Part shown: in pieces, positions 47,099-57,100 of the stretch | Position numbering within the stretch: the stretch's first letter is position 1 | Layout: every line of letters begins with the position of its first letter | Virus record (IMG/VR): IMGVR_UViG_3300027832_000015 | Length of the DNA: 64,000 nucleotides | Direction: 5' to 3' (one strand) | Source of the DNA: an uncultured virus (IMG/VR IMGVR_UViG_3300027832_000015) | Lineage: Duplodnaviria > Heunggongvirae > Uroviricota > Caudoviricetes | Notes under the pieces: generated by a model | Database searches by the model: none | What the model saw: the letters and a program-made list of their open reading frames with translations, nothing else | Told to the model about the DNA's origin: nothing | Translations under genes and position numbers: made by a program

Positions 47099-48243
47099 CT
47101 CGACAGAGAATGTTCTTAGACATGAGTTGCGTAGACGCCGCTCGCGAGCGCATCCGTCACGTCTACGACACGTTCGACACTGTCTGCGTCCAGTTTTCCG
47201 GAGGCAAAGATTCGACGGCTGTCCTGTACCTTGCCAAGGAGCTTCACGAAGAGCGTGGCCTCGGTCCGGTCAAGGTTATTTTTAGAGACGAGGAGATGGT
47301 CTCGCCCGTCGTCCTTGATTACGTCGAAAAGGTACGCAACTTCGACTGGATTGACATGGAGTGGTACTGCCTCCCATACGGAGCAGAGATCTGGGTTCTG
47401 GGCCGTCGCGAACCAATCCTTCTCTGGGACGAAAAACGCCGCAAAAACGGGCGCCTCGTGCGGGATTTCCCCGAAGGTGCAATTACTGGATACCACTTCG
47501 GTATTGATCACACCGAGGGCTTGCCTGAGTCGGTTGACTATTACACGATGCAGGGCAAAAAGGGTTCAACCGCATTCATTACTGGCGTTCGCGCCGCGGA
47601 GTCAATGGTTCGCTATAGATCATGTGTTCAGAAGTTGCATGAAAATTACATCGTGAAGCCGTATCGGATGAAGAGCAGCATTCCGATGAAATTTGCAAAG
47701 ATTATCTACGACTGGAACACGAACGACGTTTTTAAATTCATCTCGGAAGAGCATGACGCCCCCTATTGTGAGTACTACGACTTGGCGGCGATTACGGGGT
47801 CGAACACCAGAGTTGGCATCCCACTCCACTCCGTGGCAATCAGGAGAATCGGTGATCTCGTAGCGACTGAGCCAGATTTCTACGATCGGCTATGGGAGTG
47901 CTTCCCCCAGATCGACGCTCAGCGCAGATGGTGGAAGGATTATGACATCGAGGCTGTTATTGAGAACTATTCCCAGATGGGCTGGGATGGGGTCAAGCAG
48001 GTTATCGATACGTTAATGCTTGGATCCGCCGAGCGTTCGCGGGCGCAGGCGTATACGGCTGATTTTCGTCGCAAGCACGCTAAGGACCCATATTCGTATC
48101 CAATGAACTGGCTAATACGAAACCTGATACTGAATGAAATTACAGTTGCTGCTGCAGCGCCAGTAGGACCGGGGACGAGGGCCGATACCCTGCGTAAGAA
48201 GGCTCGTCAAAAACTAGCGGAAGAGCAAATTAATGCAAATTGA
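47095..48243 (+). CDS. PAPS-reductase-family PP-loop protein (IbrA/DUF3440-like)
   Basis: FSGGKDS, FRDEE, WYCLP, GVRAAES, IYDW...DVF. Confidence 0.88.
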   Translation: MTRQRMFLDMSCVDAARERIRHVYDTFDTVCVQFSGGKDSTAVLYLAKELHEERGLGPVKVIFRDEEMVSPVVLDYVEKVRNFDWIDMEWYCLPYGAEIWVLGRREPILLWDEKRRKNGRLVRDFPEGAITGYHFGIDHTEGLPESVDYYTMQGKKGSTAFITGVRAAESMVRYRSCVQKLHENYIVKPYRMKSSIPMKFAKIIYDWNTNDVFKFISEEHDAPYCEYYDLAAITGSNTRVGIPLHSVAIRRIGDLVATEPDFYDRLWECFPQIDAQRRWWKDYDIEAVIENYSQMGWDGVKQVIDTLMLGSAERSRAQAYTADFRRKHAKDPYSYPMNWLIRNLILNEITVAAAAPVGPGTRADTLRKKARQKLAEEQINAN

Positions 48244-48784
48244 AATGGTTCCAACCGAAGAGTTGAACATTCCATCTTGGAACGCAACACATATTCTTAG
48301 ACCGGATCTTCTGGTTTTAGCGGAGTCGATGGCCACTGACGGAGCGCTTTCGCCCTTGATCGTTCAGCGTTCTGGCTCGAACATCATTGATGGCTCTCAA
48401 CGGCTAAAGTTGATTCTTGGCAACAAGCACCTTTTAGAGATGTTTCCTGAGGTTCCGGTTCTCTGGAAAGATGTTTCAGACACAAAGGCCATGGTTATGC
48501 ACGTCCAACTCAATCGCGGTCGCGGTTCAGTTGTGGCGAAACGATTGTCGGCGATTGTTCGGACCTTGTTTCGCAGCCGGGCCATGAATGTTGTCGACTT
48601 TAAAAATAGTTTTTGCATGAAGGGCGATGAATTGGAACTGCTGCTTGATGGAACAATTCTCAAGCAGCGGAAAGTCGCAAACCATAGATATTCTCGTGCT
48701 TGGGTTCCCGTCGAAGCACCTCCGGGGACGATTGAGTCGGAAGGGTCCTTTAGGGCCGAGGTGCCTCCAAATCAGGACCGGTAA
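48233..48784 (+). CDS. ParB-like protein (IbrB-like)
   Basis: WNA...PLIV...IIDGSQR...LNRGRG. Confidence 0.82.
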   Translation: MQIEMVPTEELNIPSWNATHILRPDLLVLAESMATDGALSPLIVQRSGSNIIDGSQRLKLILGNKHLLEMFPEVPVLWKDVSDTKAMVMHVQLNRGRGSVVAKRLSAIVRTLFRSRAMNVVDFKNSFCMKGDELELLLDGTILKQRKVANHRYSRAWVPVEAPPGTIESEGSFRAEVPPNQDR

Positions 48785-48807
48785 AAACCCGACGAAGTCT
48801 TTATTGG

Positions 48808-48816
48808 TGCTACAAT
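48808..48816 (+). promoter_or_regulatory. extended -10 promoter candidate for the neck/tail operon
   Basis: TG-C-TACAAT in the intergenic gap. Confidence 0.55.
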
Positions 48817-48852
48817 TGGCATGTAACAACCACTTTTCGAAAGGGGTGCAAC

Positions 48853-49005
48853 ATGAATCAACCGAAGAAAAGAAGTCGAGCCTTTAGACGTTCTGGTAAA
48901 AAGCGTCGTGTAGCCCGCTCAATTCGTCAGCTTCTAACACGCAAGCTGACACGAGATAAACGGATTCGAGATATCGTCAAAAAACGTCGTTTGAAGATAG
49001 TCTAA
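48853..49005 (+). CDS. 50-aa highly basic protein
   Basis: Not in ORF track; AAGGGG RBS; 23 of 50 residues are K/R. Confidence 0.65.
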   Translation: MNQPKKRSRAFRRSGKKRRVARSIRQLLTRKLTRDKRIRDIVKKRRLKIV

Positions 49006-49008
49006 TTT

Positions 49009-49635
49009 GTGCTCGTTTCAATTTACGATTTGACGACTTATATGGACATCACGTTTTCGCTGCGTCAACAAGATGCGGCGGAAATGGTGTTGGATGGTCT
49101 TCAGAGTGAAATGGAGACCTATCTTCGTCGCCCAATCGAGGCATCCAGTTCTGTAGAGGAGCACACGCTCGACAACAACCATGTTGGCGTTCCGATGTCG
49201 TCGTTTTTCTACAATACGTCTCTTGGTGCGACGATGTCGCCGATCAGTTATACCCAGCCGCCCACCACCCTCTACCTTGCGAACACTCCGATTGTTGGCG
49301 TTTCTCAAGTTCGGATCAAGCAGAATCTCCAAACTGAGTGGGTTGTAATGGAGAACGAACGTGACTATGTCGTCCGGCGTTATGGTCTAGATTTATACAG
49401 AGGCTGGGCAGATGATCGCGTCGAGATCACCTACAGCGCCGGTCTAGATGGTGAAAATATCAAGGTTTTCAAGTTGATGATCTTGCGTGCCGCTACTCGG
49501 GAAATGCAAAACATGCATGACGATGTCGTGGGCGTCAAAGATCTCGAACCAAGAAATGTTGCAGTCGCAGAAACTGGCTTCCTTGACAGAGAACTTATGA
49601 TCTTGAAGAAGTATCGACGTGTGCGAGTTGGCTGA
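49009..49635 (+). CDS. head-tail adaptor/connector protein
   Basis: ETYLRRP, PIVGVSQV, VEITYSAG, ILKKYRRVR; position before neck genes. Confidence 0.8.
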   Translation: MLVSIYDLTTYMDITFSLRQQDAAEMVLDGLQSEMETYLRRPIEASSSVEEHTLDNNHVGVPMSSFFYNTSLGATMSPISYTQPPTTLYLANTPIVGVSQVRIKQNLQTEWVVMENERDYVVRRYGLDLYRGWADDRVEITYSAGLDGENIKVFKLMILRAATREMQNMHDDVVGVKDLEPRNVAVAETGFLDRELMILKKYRRVRVG

Positions 49636-50093
49636 TGGGTAAAATCCACATCGATCTCGATTGGGATCCGACGGACATGCGAGATCAGGTCACCGACATG
49701 GATGACAGATCTGACGAATTCAAACCTATTTTCCGAAAAATGCAGCGATACTTTGAAAACGAATGGTCTGAGAATATAATGGCGAACGGCCTAAAAGTCG
49801 GTGGGTGGAAACCTCTCGATGCAGAATATGCTGCATGGAAATCTAAGCATGTTCCCGGCGCTCCACCCATGATCAGATCTGGATCCCTTTTCTCAAGCCT
49901 TCGAGACCTTCGCGGAGCCCCAAACGAAATAAACAAAACCTCAGCCACGTTCGGGACAAACATAAAATACGCCAAGTTCCATCAATACGGTACAACCAAA
50001 ATGTCGAAGCGTGAAATTGTTTACGAACCAGTCGAGTTCCGCAGAGACTGGGGAGACAAGATCGCTAGATACATCGCGGACGGGCAAGTCTAA
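49635..50093 (+). CDS. phage virion morphogenesis protein (Mu gpG-like)
   Basis: WKPL...SGSL..SL...GTNIKYAKFHQYGT..M..R. Confidence 0.88.
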   Translation: MGKIHIDLDWDPTDMRDQVTDMDDRSDEFKPIFRKMQRYFENEWSENIMANGLKVGGWKPLDAEYAAWKSKHVPGAPPMIRSGSLFSSLRDLRGAPNEINKTSATFGTNIKYAKFHQYGTTKMSKREIVYEPVEFRRDWGDKIARYIADGQV

Positions 50094-50692
50094 TGTTTCT
50101 CATGCATGGCGCACATTTCGCCAAATCCTATGTTTCAACATATCTTAATAACGATATTCCGACACGGATCGTCTCCTATCGGAACGGATGGAACTTGGAT
50201 AGCGAACAACTTCCTTCTCCGGAAAAATACCTCACGTACGAGCCGATAGCACTGGATGCGTGGCCAACGATTATCACGGTCGCAATCTCAATGTCTGGGA
50301 TGGAGAGGGACGGCTGGTATAAAGGCAACCCTGAGTATCGGGTCAAATACAGTATGCGTACATACGTATGGGTGCGTGACGAGGGCTCCGATGCAGCAAC
50401 AATGATGCGCGACAGGTTGACGACAGTTGTTCGTTCTGCTCTTCTTGATCGCCCGTGCTTGAAGGCCACCGATCCTAGAGAAACTTTCATGGCGTTGATT
50501 GACGAGGGAACCTTGCGGGAGGAGTACTCGGACCTCACGCTCCTGAAGGGTGACAGGGTTCTCGCTGGGGCGTATCTTTCTTACGATCTTGAAATCAATG
50601 AGATCGTTGCTCGCGAGGACGTTGGGACCGTCTCCGAATTCCAGTTGATGGAAGTTGTTGCTGGCCCGACTGGGGGGGCGTTTGATTTATGA
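50093..50692 (+). CDS. putative tail terminator/completion protein
   Basis: 199 aa; position between neck and sheath genes. Confidence 0.6.
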   Translation: MFLMHGAHFAKSYVSTYLNNDIPTRIVSYRNGWNLDSEQLPSPEKYLTYEPIALDAWPTIITVAISMSGMERDGWYKGNPEYRVKYSMRTYVWVRDEGSDAATMMRDRLTTVVRSALLDRPCLKATDPRETFMALIDEGTLREEYSDLTLLKGDRVLAGAYLSYDLEINEIVAREDVGTVSEFQLMEVVAGPTGGAFDL

Positions 50693-50946
50693 GTGACTGT
50701 TCGTGCATCAAGTTGATGAATGGGCTTTCTGACGTGTTTGGCTTCGATCACGCACGACAGAATTGTTTCGTCATCGCAAATTCAAGTCAAAACCCTGTTG
50801 AACTCTGCGGCGGTGGCCATAGCGCCGCACCCGGTGACATTTGGCTGATTTTTAAAGACGACTACGTATCTGGGGTTTCGAGTTCGAACTCGAAGGTGAA
50901 GGTTTTAGCAAAATTTGGCGCAAAATCCCAATTGCTCAAGTCCTAG
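50689..50946 (+). CDS. hypothetical protein
   Basis: 85 aa, ATGA-coupled. Confidence 0.55.
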   Translation: MSDCSCIKLMNGLSDVFGFDHARQNCFVIANSSQNPVELCGGGHSAAPGDIWLIFKDDYVSGVSSSNSKVKVLAKFGAKSQLLKS

Positions 50947-50963
50947 TACGGTACAATAAATAG

Positions 50964-51311
50964 ATGGCGAAAAATATTTTCAAACAGGTCTCTAAAGCTG
51001 AGTGCCTTGCAGCAGCAGCAGAGGGAAATATTGGTATCTGCAATTTGACGTCACAAAAAGTCGAAATCGACGATGAAGGCCATTTCGTCGAGGCGCGAGG
51101 TCACGCAATCGTTGGCAAAACGAACCCGATGATTGAAGTTCTTTCCGCTAGGGGAACCATCGCAGTCAACGAAAAGAAGGCCGAGGATTCGAAAAAAGTC
51201 TTCAAGTCTTCCAAGCGGACTGATACAAAGGAATTGGAAGTAGAAAGTGCGGTTGAAGACGATCCCGCAATTTCCGAGGAAGAAGTATCGTCAAAGATCG
51301 ATAACGTCTGA
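50964..51311 (+). CDS. hypothetical protein
   Basis: 115 aa, TACAAT just upstream. Confidence 0.7.
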   Translation: MAKNIFKQVSKAECLAAAAEGNIGICNLTSQKVEIDDEGHFVEARGHAIVGKTNPMIEVLSARGTIAVNEKKAEDSKKVFKSSKRTDTKELEVESAVEDDPAISEEEVSSKIDNV

Positions 51312-51396
51312 TAATCTATAAGTGACAGTTCAGTTTCAGAGCATAAAGTTCTGAAACTTAAATCAGTCGCCAGCAAACGGAAGAAAAGGAAGCCCT

Positions 51397-52872
51397 ATGC
51401 CGGGAGTCGTAATCAGCACAGCAGTCCGCACGGGTCCCGCCGGGAACACCGTTCGGGAAACATCGCAGGCCTTCTTCGTCGGCTTGTCCGATCGTGGATC
51501 CTCGACGCGGGCGGTGAAAGTAACCAGCACCGAGGAATTTCAGAACGTCTATGGCGGATATGTCAGTTATGCATATCTCCATGACACTGTTCAGACTTTC
51601 TTCGAAGAGGGCGGAACACAGTGCTACATCGGTCGCGCTGTCGGCCCTGGTGCCACTACCGGCTTCCTGACGCTCGAAGACGACGCGCAGACAGATTCCC
51701 TCACCATCACCGCAAATGGTGCTGGTGCATGGAGCGCCAATGTCAGGGTGGCCGTCATCGCTGGCCTCGCCGCTGGATCCCGTCAGCTTCAGTTGACCTA
51801 CGCCAACGTCATCATCTTCAACACTGGCGATATTCTCACCGTTGCGGAAATGGCCGGAAAGATCAACCGAGACACGACCGCGTCCCACTACATCACAGCA
51901 GAAGTCGTCGGTGCAAACCTTCCCGCAATTCTCACGGCCACGGCGATTTCGACCGGCGATGATGATCGCGCGAATGTGACACACGCCGAGTACAACAGCG
52001 CGCTCACGCTTTTCCTTGACTCATACGGCGCTGGCGTTGTAGCCAACCCTGAGAGCACGGTCGATCAGGTCAAGGCCGGATTGATTACGCACGCGAATTC
52101 ATACAACCGAATCTGCTACATCCACCTCCCGGCCGGAACGCCGGTCGCGGACGACGGGGCAGACAATGTCGCAGATGTGGCGCGTTCGCTGACGGCTTCG
52201 ACGGAAAACGCCGAGCATGCTCAGCTGATTTTCCCTTGGGTATACAAGCCGACAGACATCGCTGGCGTCAACCGTATGATCCCGCCGGTCGGCTATGCCG
52301 CCGGTTGTCGGTCACGGGCACACAACCAGATTGGTGCCCAGCAGGCCGGTGCAGGAATCATTTCAAGCGCCCGCTACATCAACGGACTTGAGTATGACCT
52401 CGACAAGGCGAATGGCGATCGACTCGATAGCGCAAACGTTGTCGCTATCCGCCGAATCAACAATGCGATTCGCATCTACGGGGCTCGCACACTGTCTTCC
52501 GACACGTCGAACTTCCGGTACATCACCGGACAAGACTTGGTCAACCATGTGGTCGTTGAGGCCAACCGTTCGCTTGAGGATCTCCTGTTCAGTGTGATCG
52601 ACGGGCGGAACAACATTTTTGCCAGCGTCGAAGCCAAGATGATCGCAATTCTTGAGCCTCTTCGTCTCGCTGGAGCACTGTATGAGGCGTTCGACCTCTA
52701 CGGGAAGCGGATCGACTACGGATACACCGTCAAGTGTGACAAATCCCTGAACCCAGTCACCCAGTTGGCTGATGGTCTCGTTAAAGCTAAGGTCGGAATC
52801 CGCGTGTCAAGCGTCGGAGACAAGATCGAGGTCGACATCGTCAAGAGCAACTTGACGGCGTCGGTCGTCTAA
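51397..52872 (+). CDS. contractile tail sheath protein
   Basis: MPGV, FFEEGG..CYI.R, PPVGYAAG, IRIYGARTL...FRYI. Confidence 0.95.
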   Translation: MPGVVISTAVRTGPAGNTVRETSQAFFVGLSDRGSSTRAVKVTSTEEFQNVYGGYVSYAYLHDTVQTFFEEGGTQCYIGRAVGPGATTGFLTLEDDAQTDSLTITANGAGAWSANVRVAVIAGLAAGSRQLQLTYANVIIFNTGDILTVAEMAGKINRDTTASHYITAEVVGANLPAILTATAISTGDDDRANVTHAEYNSALTLFLDSYGAGVVANPESTVDQVKAGLITHANSYNRICYIHLPAGTPVADDGADNVADVARSLTASTENAEHAQLIFPWVYKPTDIAGVNRMIPPVGYAAGCRSRAHNQIGAQQAGAGIISSARYINGLEYDLDKANGDRLDSANVVAIRRINNAIRIYGARTLSSDTSNFRYITGQDLVNHVVVEANRSLEDLLFSVIDGRNNIFASVEAKMIAILEPLRLAGALYEAFDLYGKRIDYGYTVKCDKSLNPVTQLADGLVKAKVGIRVSSVGDKIEVDIVKSNLTASVV

Positions 52873-52887
52873 TCGGAGGAATAACAA

Positions 52888-53352
52888 ATGTCTAAGACTT
52901 CACAGCGACAGATTCTCGCCGACATCGCGCCGGTGGACAGCAATCATCCCAAGTGGGAGGGCTTCCGCTTCGCTCAAGTTTCGGGTGGAGAGATCACCGC
53001 TTCAGTTGAGAAGATCTATGAGGGGGGTGCGAAGTTCCCATCCGTGCTTTGCGCGCCTTTCGAGATTGGTGACATCACGCTGACGGCTCACTTCGACGAC
53101 GATTACACTGAGAGCGACGGAGCCAGCGGAATTGCCAGAAAGTTGGCTTCGCTCCGCCCTCTCGTTGGTCAGGCGTACTACAACGTCAACATCAAGACGT
53201 ACGACTGCGACATCGAGGTGCTTGGCACCGACCGGGTGTACACCAGCGCCCTGCTTGTTGGGCTCACCGAGCCAGAAGGTGACTCGTCCTCTGGGGCGCC
53301 AGCGACATTCGCGCTGACGTTTGCAATCCAGAGCGTCAACTCCACCACCTGA
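52888..53352 (+). CDS. tail tube protein
   Basis: 154 aa after sheath; FAQVSGG...DITLT...EPEGDSSS...FALTF. Confidence 0.8.
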   Translation: MSKTSQRQILADIAPVDSNHPKWEGFRFAQVSGGEITASVEKIYEGGAKFPSVLCAPFEIGDITLTAHFDDDYTESDGASGIARKLASLRPLVGQAYYNVNIKTYDCDIEVLGTDRVYTSALLVGLTEPEGDSSSGAPATFALTFAIQSVNSTT

Positions 53353-53384
53353 TTTATCCGCGTCTGGCTTCGGCCTAGCACTTT

Positions 53385-53425
53385 AGAGACCCTTTTCCTT
53401 CGCTGGAGAGGGGTCTCTTTATTTT
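53385..53425 (+). terminator. intrinsic terminator after tube gene
   Basis: agagacccttttcc-ttcgct-ggagaggggtctct hairpin plus T-rich tail. Confidence 0.8.
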
Positions 53426-53471
53426 ATGAGGAGTTCCGTTCGGGGTAACTCCGATGTGCTAATTTTTCAGC

Positions 53472-53990
53472 ATGACCGAAAGCCTTTACATCGAAGAAAA
53501 TGAGCCCTCCGCTGAGCCCGCAAAGGCCTCAAAAGCGAAGGCTTCCATCGTTTCCCCTCTCTCCCGTTTGAAGGAAACCATTTCAAAGAAGGTGGAGCGA
53601 TCAGTGATCCACCTTGAGGTGCCGGACCGCAAGGGGGTTTACCTCATTATCAGCCCCAACGTAGCGCAGAATCAGATGAAGAGCTGGCGGCGCAACGCTG
53701 GCGAAGATTCCAAAAAGGGCATGGATCCAACGAAGTTTGCCGCTTACGTCGTTGGCCATACGACCACCGGAATCATTATGGATGGCGAGGAAGTGTTTGA
53801 TGCGGACGGCAATTCTCTGAACTTTGCATCCAAAGACGTTTTGGAGTCGACGGACACAACGAGGCCTGTACCTGACGCCGTTTTGGCATTTTTCAATCTT
53901 GACCCACACGTCGAGCAGGGTGCTCTAGCGATTCTGGAGGCAGCTGGCTACGGTGACACCGTTGAAGCGGTGGACCCTACGAAGGACTGA
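53472..53990 (+). CDS. tail assembly chaperone
   Basis: Between tube and tape measure; ends in DPTKD. Confidence 0.78.
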   Translation: MTESLYIEENEPSAEPAKASKAKASIVSPLSRLKETISKKVERSVIHLEVPDRKGVYLIISPNVAQNQMKSWRRNAGEDSKKGMDPTKFAAYVVGHTTTGIIMDGEEVFDADGNSLNFASKDVLESTDTTRPVPDAVLAFFNLDPHVEQGALAILEAAGYGDTVEAVDPTKD

Positions 53991-54175
53991 TTGACGATTT
54001 AGCCGATGATGGCTACGTAATCAGTGCTGCGCGACTAGCGGAATTGTGGGGAACTAGCCCTATCGACTTGTTATCTGTAGATGATGACGAATGGTTGGTA
54101 CTTATGGCATGTGCTAAAGTGGTAGAGCGCGATCGTGAAGAATCGGAGCGTAAGCGCAAGCATAATAATCGCTAA
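53972..54175 (+). CDS. -1 frameshift extension of the tail assembly chaperone
   Basis: Open -1 frame from GGACCCTAC: LIDDLADDGYVISAARLAELWGTSPIDLL...RKRKHNNR. Confidence 0.68.
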   Translation, partial: GPYEGLIDDLADDGYVISAARLAELWGTSPIDLLSVDDDEWLVLMACAKVVERDREESERKRKHNNR

Positions 54176-54192
54176 CCTGAGGGTTGAGACCT

Positions 54193-57100
54193 ATGGCTGA
54201 TGCAAGTCTAGTAATCAAGATTAGTGCGACTGGTGAACGCAACCTCAAGTCGATCCGTAGAGACCTTGACAGGATTAGCGCCTCCGCTGTAACTACTTCT
54301 GCAGCCCTGCAGGCTTTCGCCCGGAGTTACAACGACGCTTGGGACAAACACCTCAAGAACGTCGAAAAGAACTTCACACGGCACTTCGACGACCTCGATC
54401 GGATGGTCTCAATGGCCGGTGGCACGCTGCTGAAAGGGCTCGGCTTGGCGCTCAAGGCAACCGCTGCCGAGTTTGTCCTAATGGGCGCATCAATGCTTGG
54501 TGTTCACGCACTGTTTGCTACCGGCAACTGGTTGATGAAGGGTTACCGGGGGGCAATGGCCCTGTTGGCTGGAGCGGCAGCGTCGACTGCCGTGGCTCTT
54601 GCTTCTGTGGCGGCCGCAATCCGCGAACAGAGCGCCGCAATGTACGCTTACAAGGCGACCGGATACAAGCAGTTTGGAGACAACCTGAATCGCGTCCGTG
54701 TAGTTATGCGCGGTCTAGAAACAGATACCCGTTTCGCTTCCGTTGGGGTGGAGAACTTAAACGCAGCGTACGCAGCAGTCTCCCAGAGGTCGACGTTCAC
54801 GGCAGGTTCTCAGGGCCTACTGAGTGGTCTTATGGACTTTGCTTCAGCAGGTCAGCCATTAGAGCAAGGGGTCAAGGCCGCTGGCCAATTGATCGGCATT
54901 CTCCAAGATCCAAAAGCATCGTTTAGCGAGATAACCAAATCCGCTGAAGCGCTTGGTCCAGCCATGCAGAAGGCGATGAAGGAAGCTGAGAAGCAAGGCA
55001 TCAACACCGCAACTGAACTGAAGAAAGCAATCAACGACGGCACGCTCGTTTCGATGGGTGGCGTTGAAGGCCAGTTCGATGCAGTAAACGGAACTCTCGT
55101 GAGCATCATGAAGGGCGGCTTCAACCAAATTCGCTCAATGTTTGCTGATATGGGTCAACCTTTCCTCAAGCCGTTGAAGGAGGCTGCTGACGAGATCCTT
55201 GTCATCTTCAAGCGCACGTTCATGCGGCTACGGGGTGACCTTGGCAAGTTCGGCACGGGATCGTTTATCACCTCGCTTGTGAGTATGTCCGAGAAACTCG
55301 AAAATGTGTTCGTGAAGTTGATCCGTGATTACTTGCCTCAGGTTATCGGAATGTTCGGCAGGTGGTCCGATAAGTGGGATTCTTTCACAAATGGATGGAA
55401 CAGGCTTCTCGACGGGATGCGGCCACTTATAGATGGGGCGAAAGTTCTTGAAGGTGTTCTAAAGAACATCTTCGGTCCTGTCTGGACCCAAATTAAAGAA
55501 AAGTTTGGCTCTTTCAACGACCAGCTTAAGGAGAACGAACCTCAACTTTTATCATTCGGTACTGCTCTGGGTGACATGCTTGTCTCCTTTAGCAAAGTGA
55601 CCGACAAGATGCGCGAGCTTTTCTTCACGGCGCTTCCATTCATCACCAAAATGCTTGAAGGCGTCAAGCAGATCACGGATCTCCTCGGCACGATGCTCGG
55701 TTCTATGGGGAAAATTTTTGGTGGTAAGGGTGACGGTTTTGGTGCTTTTGGAATGTTGATGGGCCTCGGCCTTATCGGCCGTTCAATGAAAAACACTAAA
55801 GGCGGATTTGTTCAGAAATCGATGGTTTCGAGCATGAACGTTCAAGCAAATCAAGTTACCGTCACGGGCGCAACTGCAGGTGGGCAAATGTATCCGGGTG
55901 CAGCAACATCTCAGCAAGCGTTTAATACACCCTATGGTCCGGGTCGCACTGTTGGCGGGCTGGGTGGTGGTGCTGGATCTGGATTTTTGTCCGCAAGAAA
56001 TGGTCCGACATCTAATTATTACCCACCCGGATCTTTAGGTGGACCTATTAGTCACCGCGCTGGAGTGGCTCAGGGTATGTCCTCGGGGCAAGTTGCTGCC
56101 TATAACAAAGGTACCCGTGCGGCAGCGGCGGCACAGGCTCCGATGACCTCTTCCGGCATGACGGGTTTGCCAAGCCGATTGCAACAGTTCAGTGGCTCTA
56201 GAGGCCCCCGGGCCATGCGCAACAACTCTAAAATGTACGGCAATTTTAGTAAATACAATAACTCTGCAAGTGGAAAAATGGGAACGATGGTTGGTCTCGG
56301 CCTGCTCAGTTCCGTAATGCCGGAAGAGACACAAGGCGCAATGTCCTTAGGGGCCAGTCTTGCAGTGATCAATCCTGCCCTCGGTCTTGGCGTTGCAGGC
56401 ATCGGTACCGCCATGACTTCAAAGAATGCAGCTGTCGGCGTCGGCGGCGGTGTTGTTGGTGGAGCAGCATTGGGGATGATGGTCGCTGGCCCTGTGGGTG
56501 CTGCTGTTGGTGGAATTCTTGGTGGAGTACTCGGCGGGATTAAGGCCAACAGCAACAAGCACAATGCTATGAGGGAAGAGGCTCGCGAACAGGGTCGTAG
56601 CGCAAGTAAGCAAATTCTTGAAGGGCTGATGACGGGTATAAGCGATGCGTCTAAAAACGACGACATCAAAGCGTTCACATCGGAAAATTTGGGCGAGACG
56701 CTCGGTTTGAATCTGCTGGATGATGCGGTGAAGGATTCGTTCGACTTCCAGAAGCAGAATGGTTTGAGATCGCATGAGCAGCGTCAGGCTCTTGTTGAAA
56801 AACTTTACGCGCAACGCGACGTTCTCGGATTCGAGATGTCTGAAGAAGAAAAGAAAAAAGCACTTGAGAAGCCAAACGAATTTTTGGAAACGATCAATAA
56901 AGAGTTGGCTCCGACGTTTGAAGCGGCAACTGAAATCACCAACAAATTCGAGTCACGAATGGACTTGTTCACGTCTTCTCTTCGCATGACAGAAGAGGAA
57001 GTGATGAGGCTTGCTCAGACCACTGGCGTGAACCTTTACGATGCCGCACAAAATACCGGAGACATGATAAAGCAACTTGCTGACGGGCTGATTACTTCAA

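Noticed and set aside
47095..48243. Complete Dnd/Ssp phosphorothioation system or sulfate-assimilation cysH
   Set aside because: No dndB/D/E, ssp or cysteine desulfurase genes visible; motifs and the ParB partner fit the IbrA-like group better
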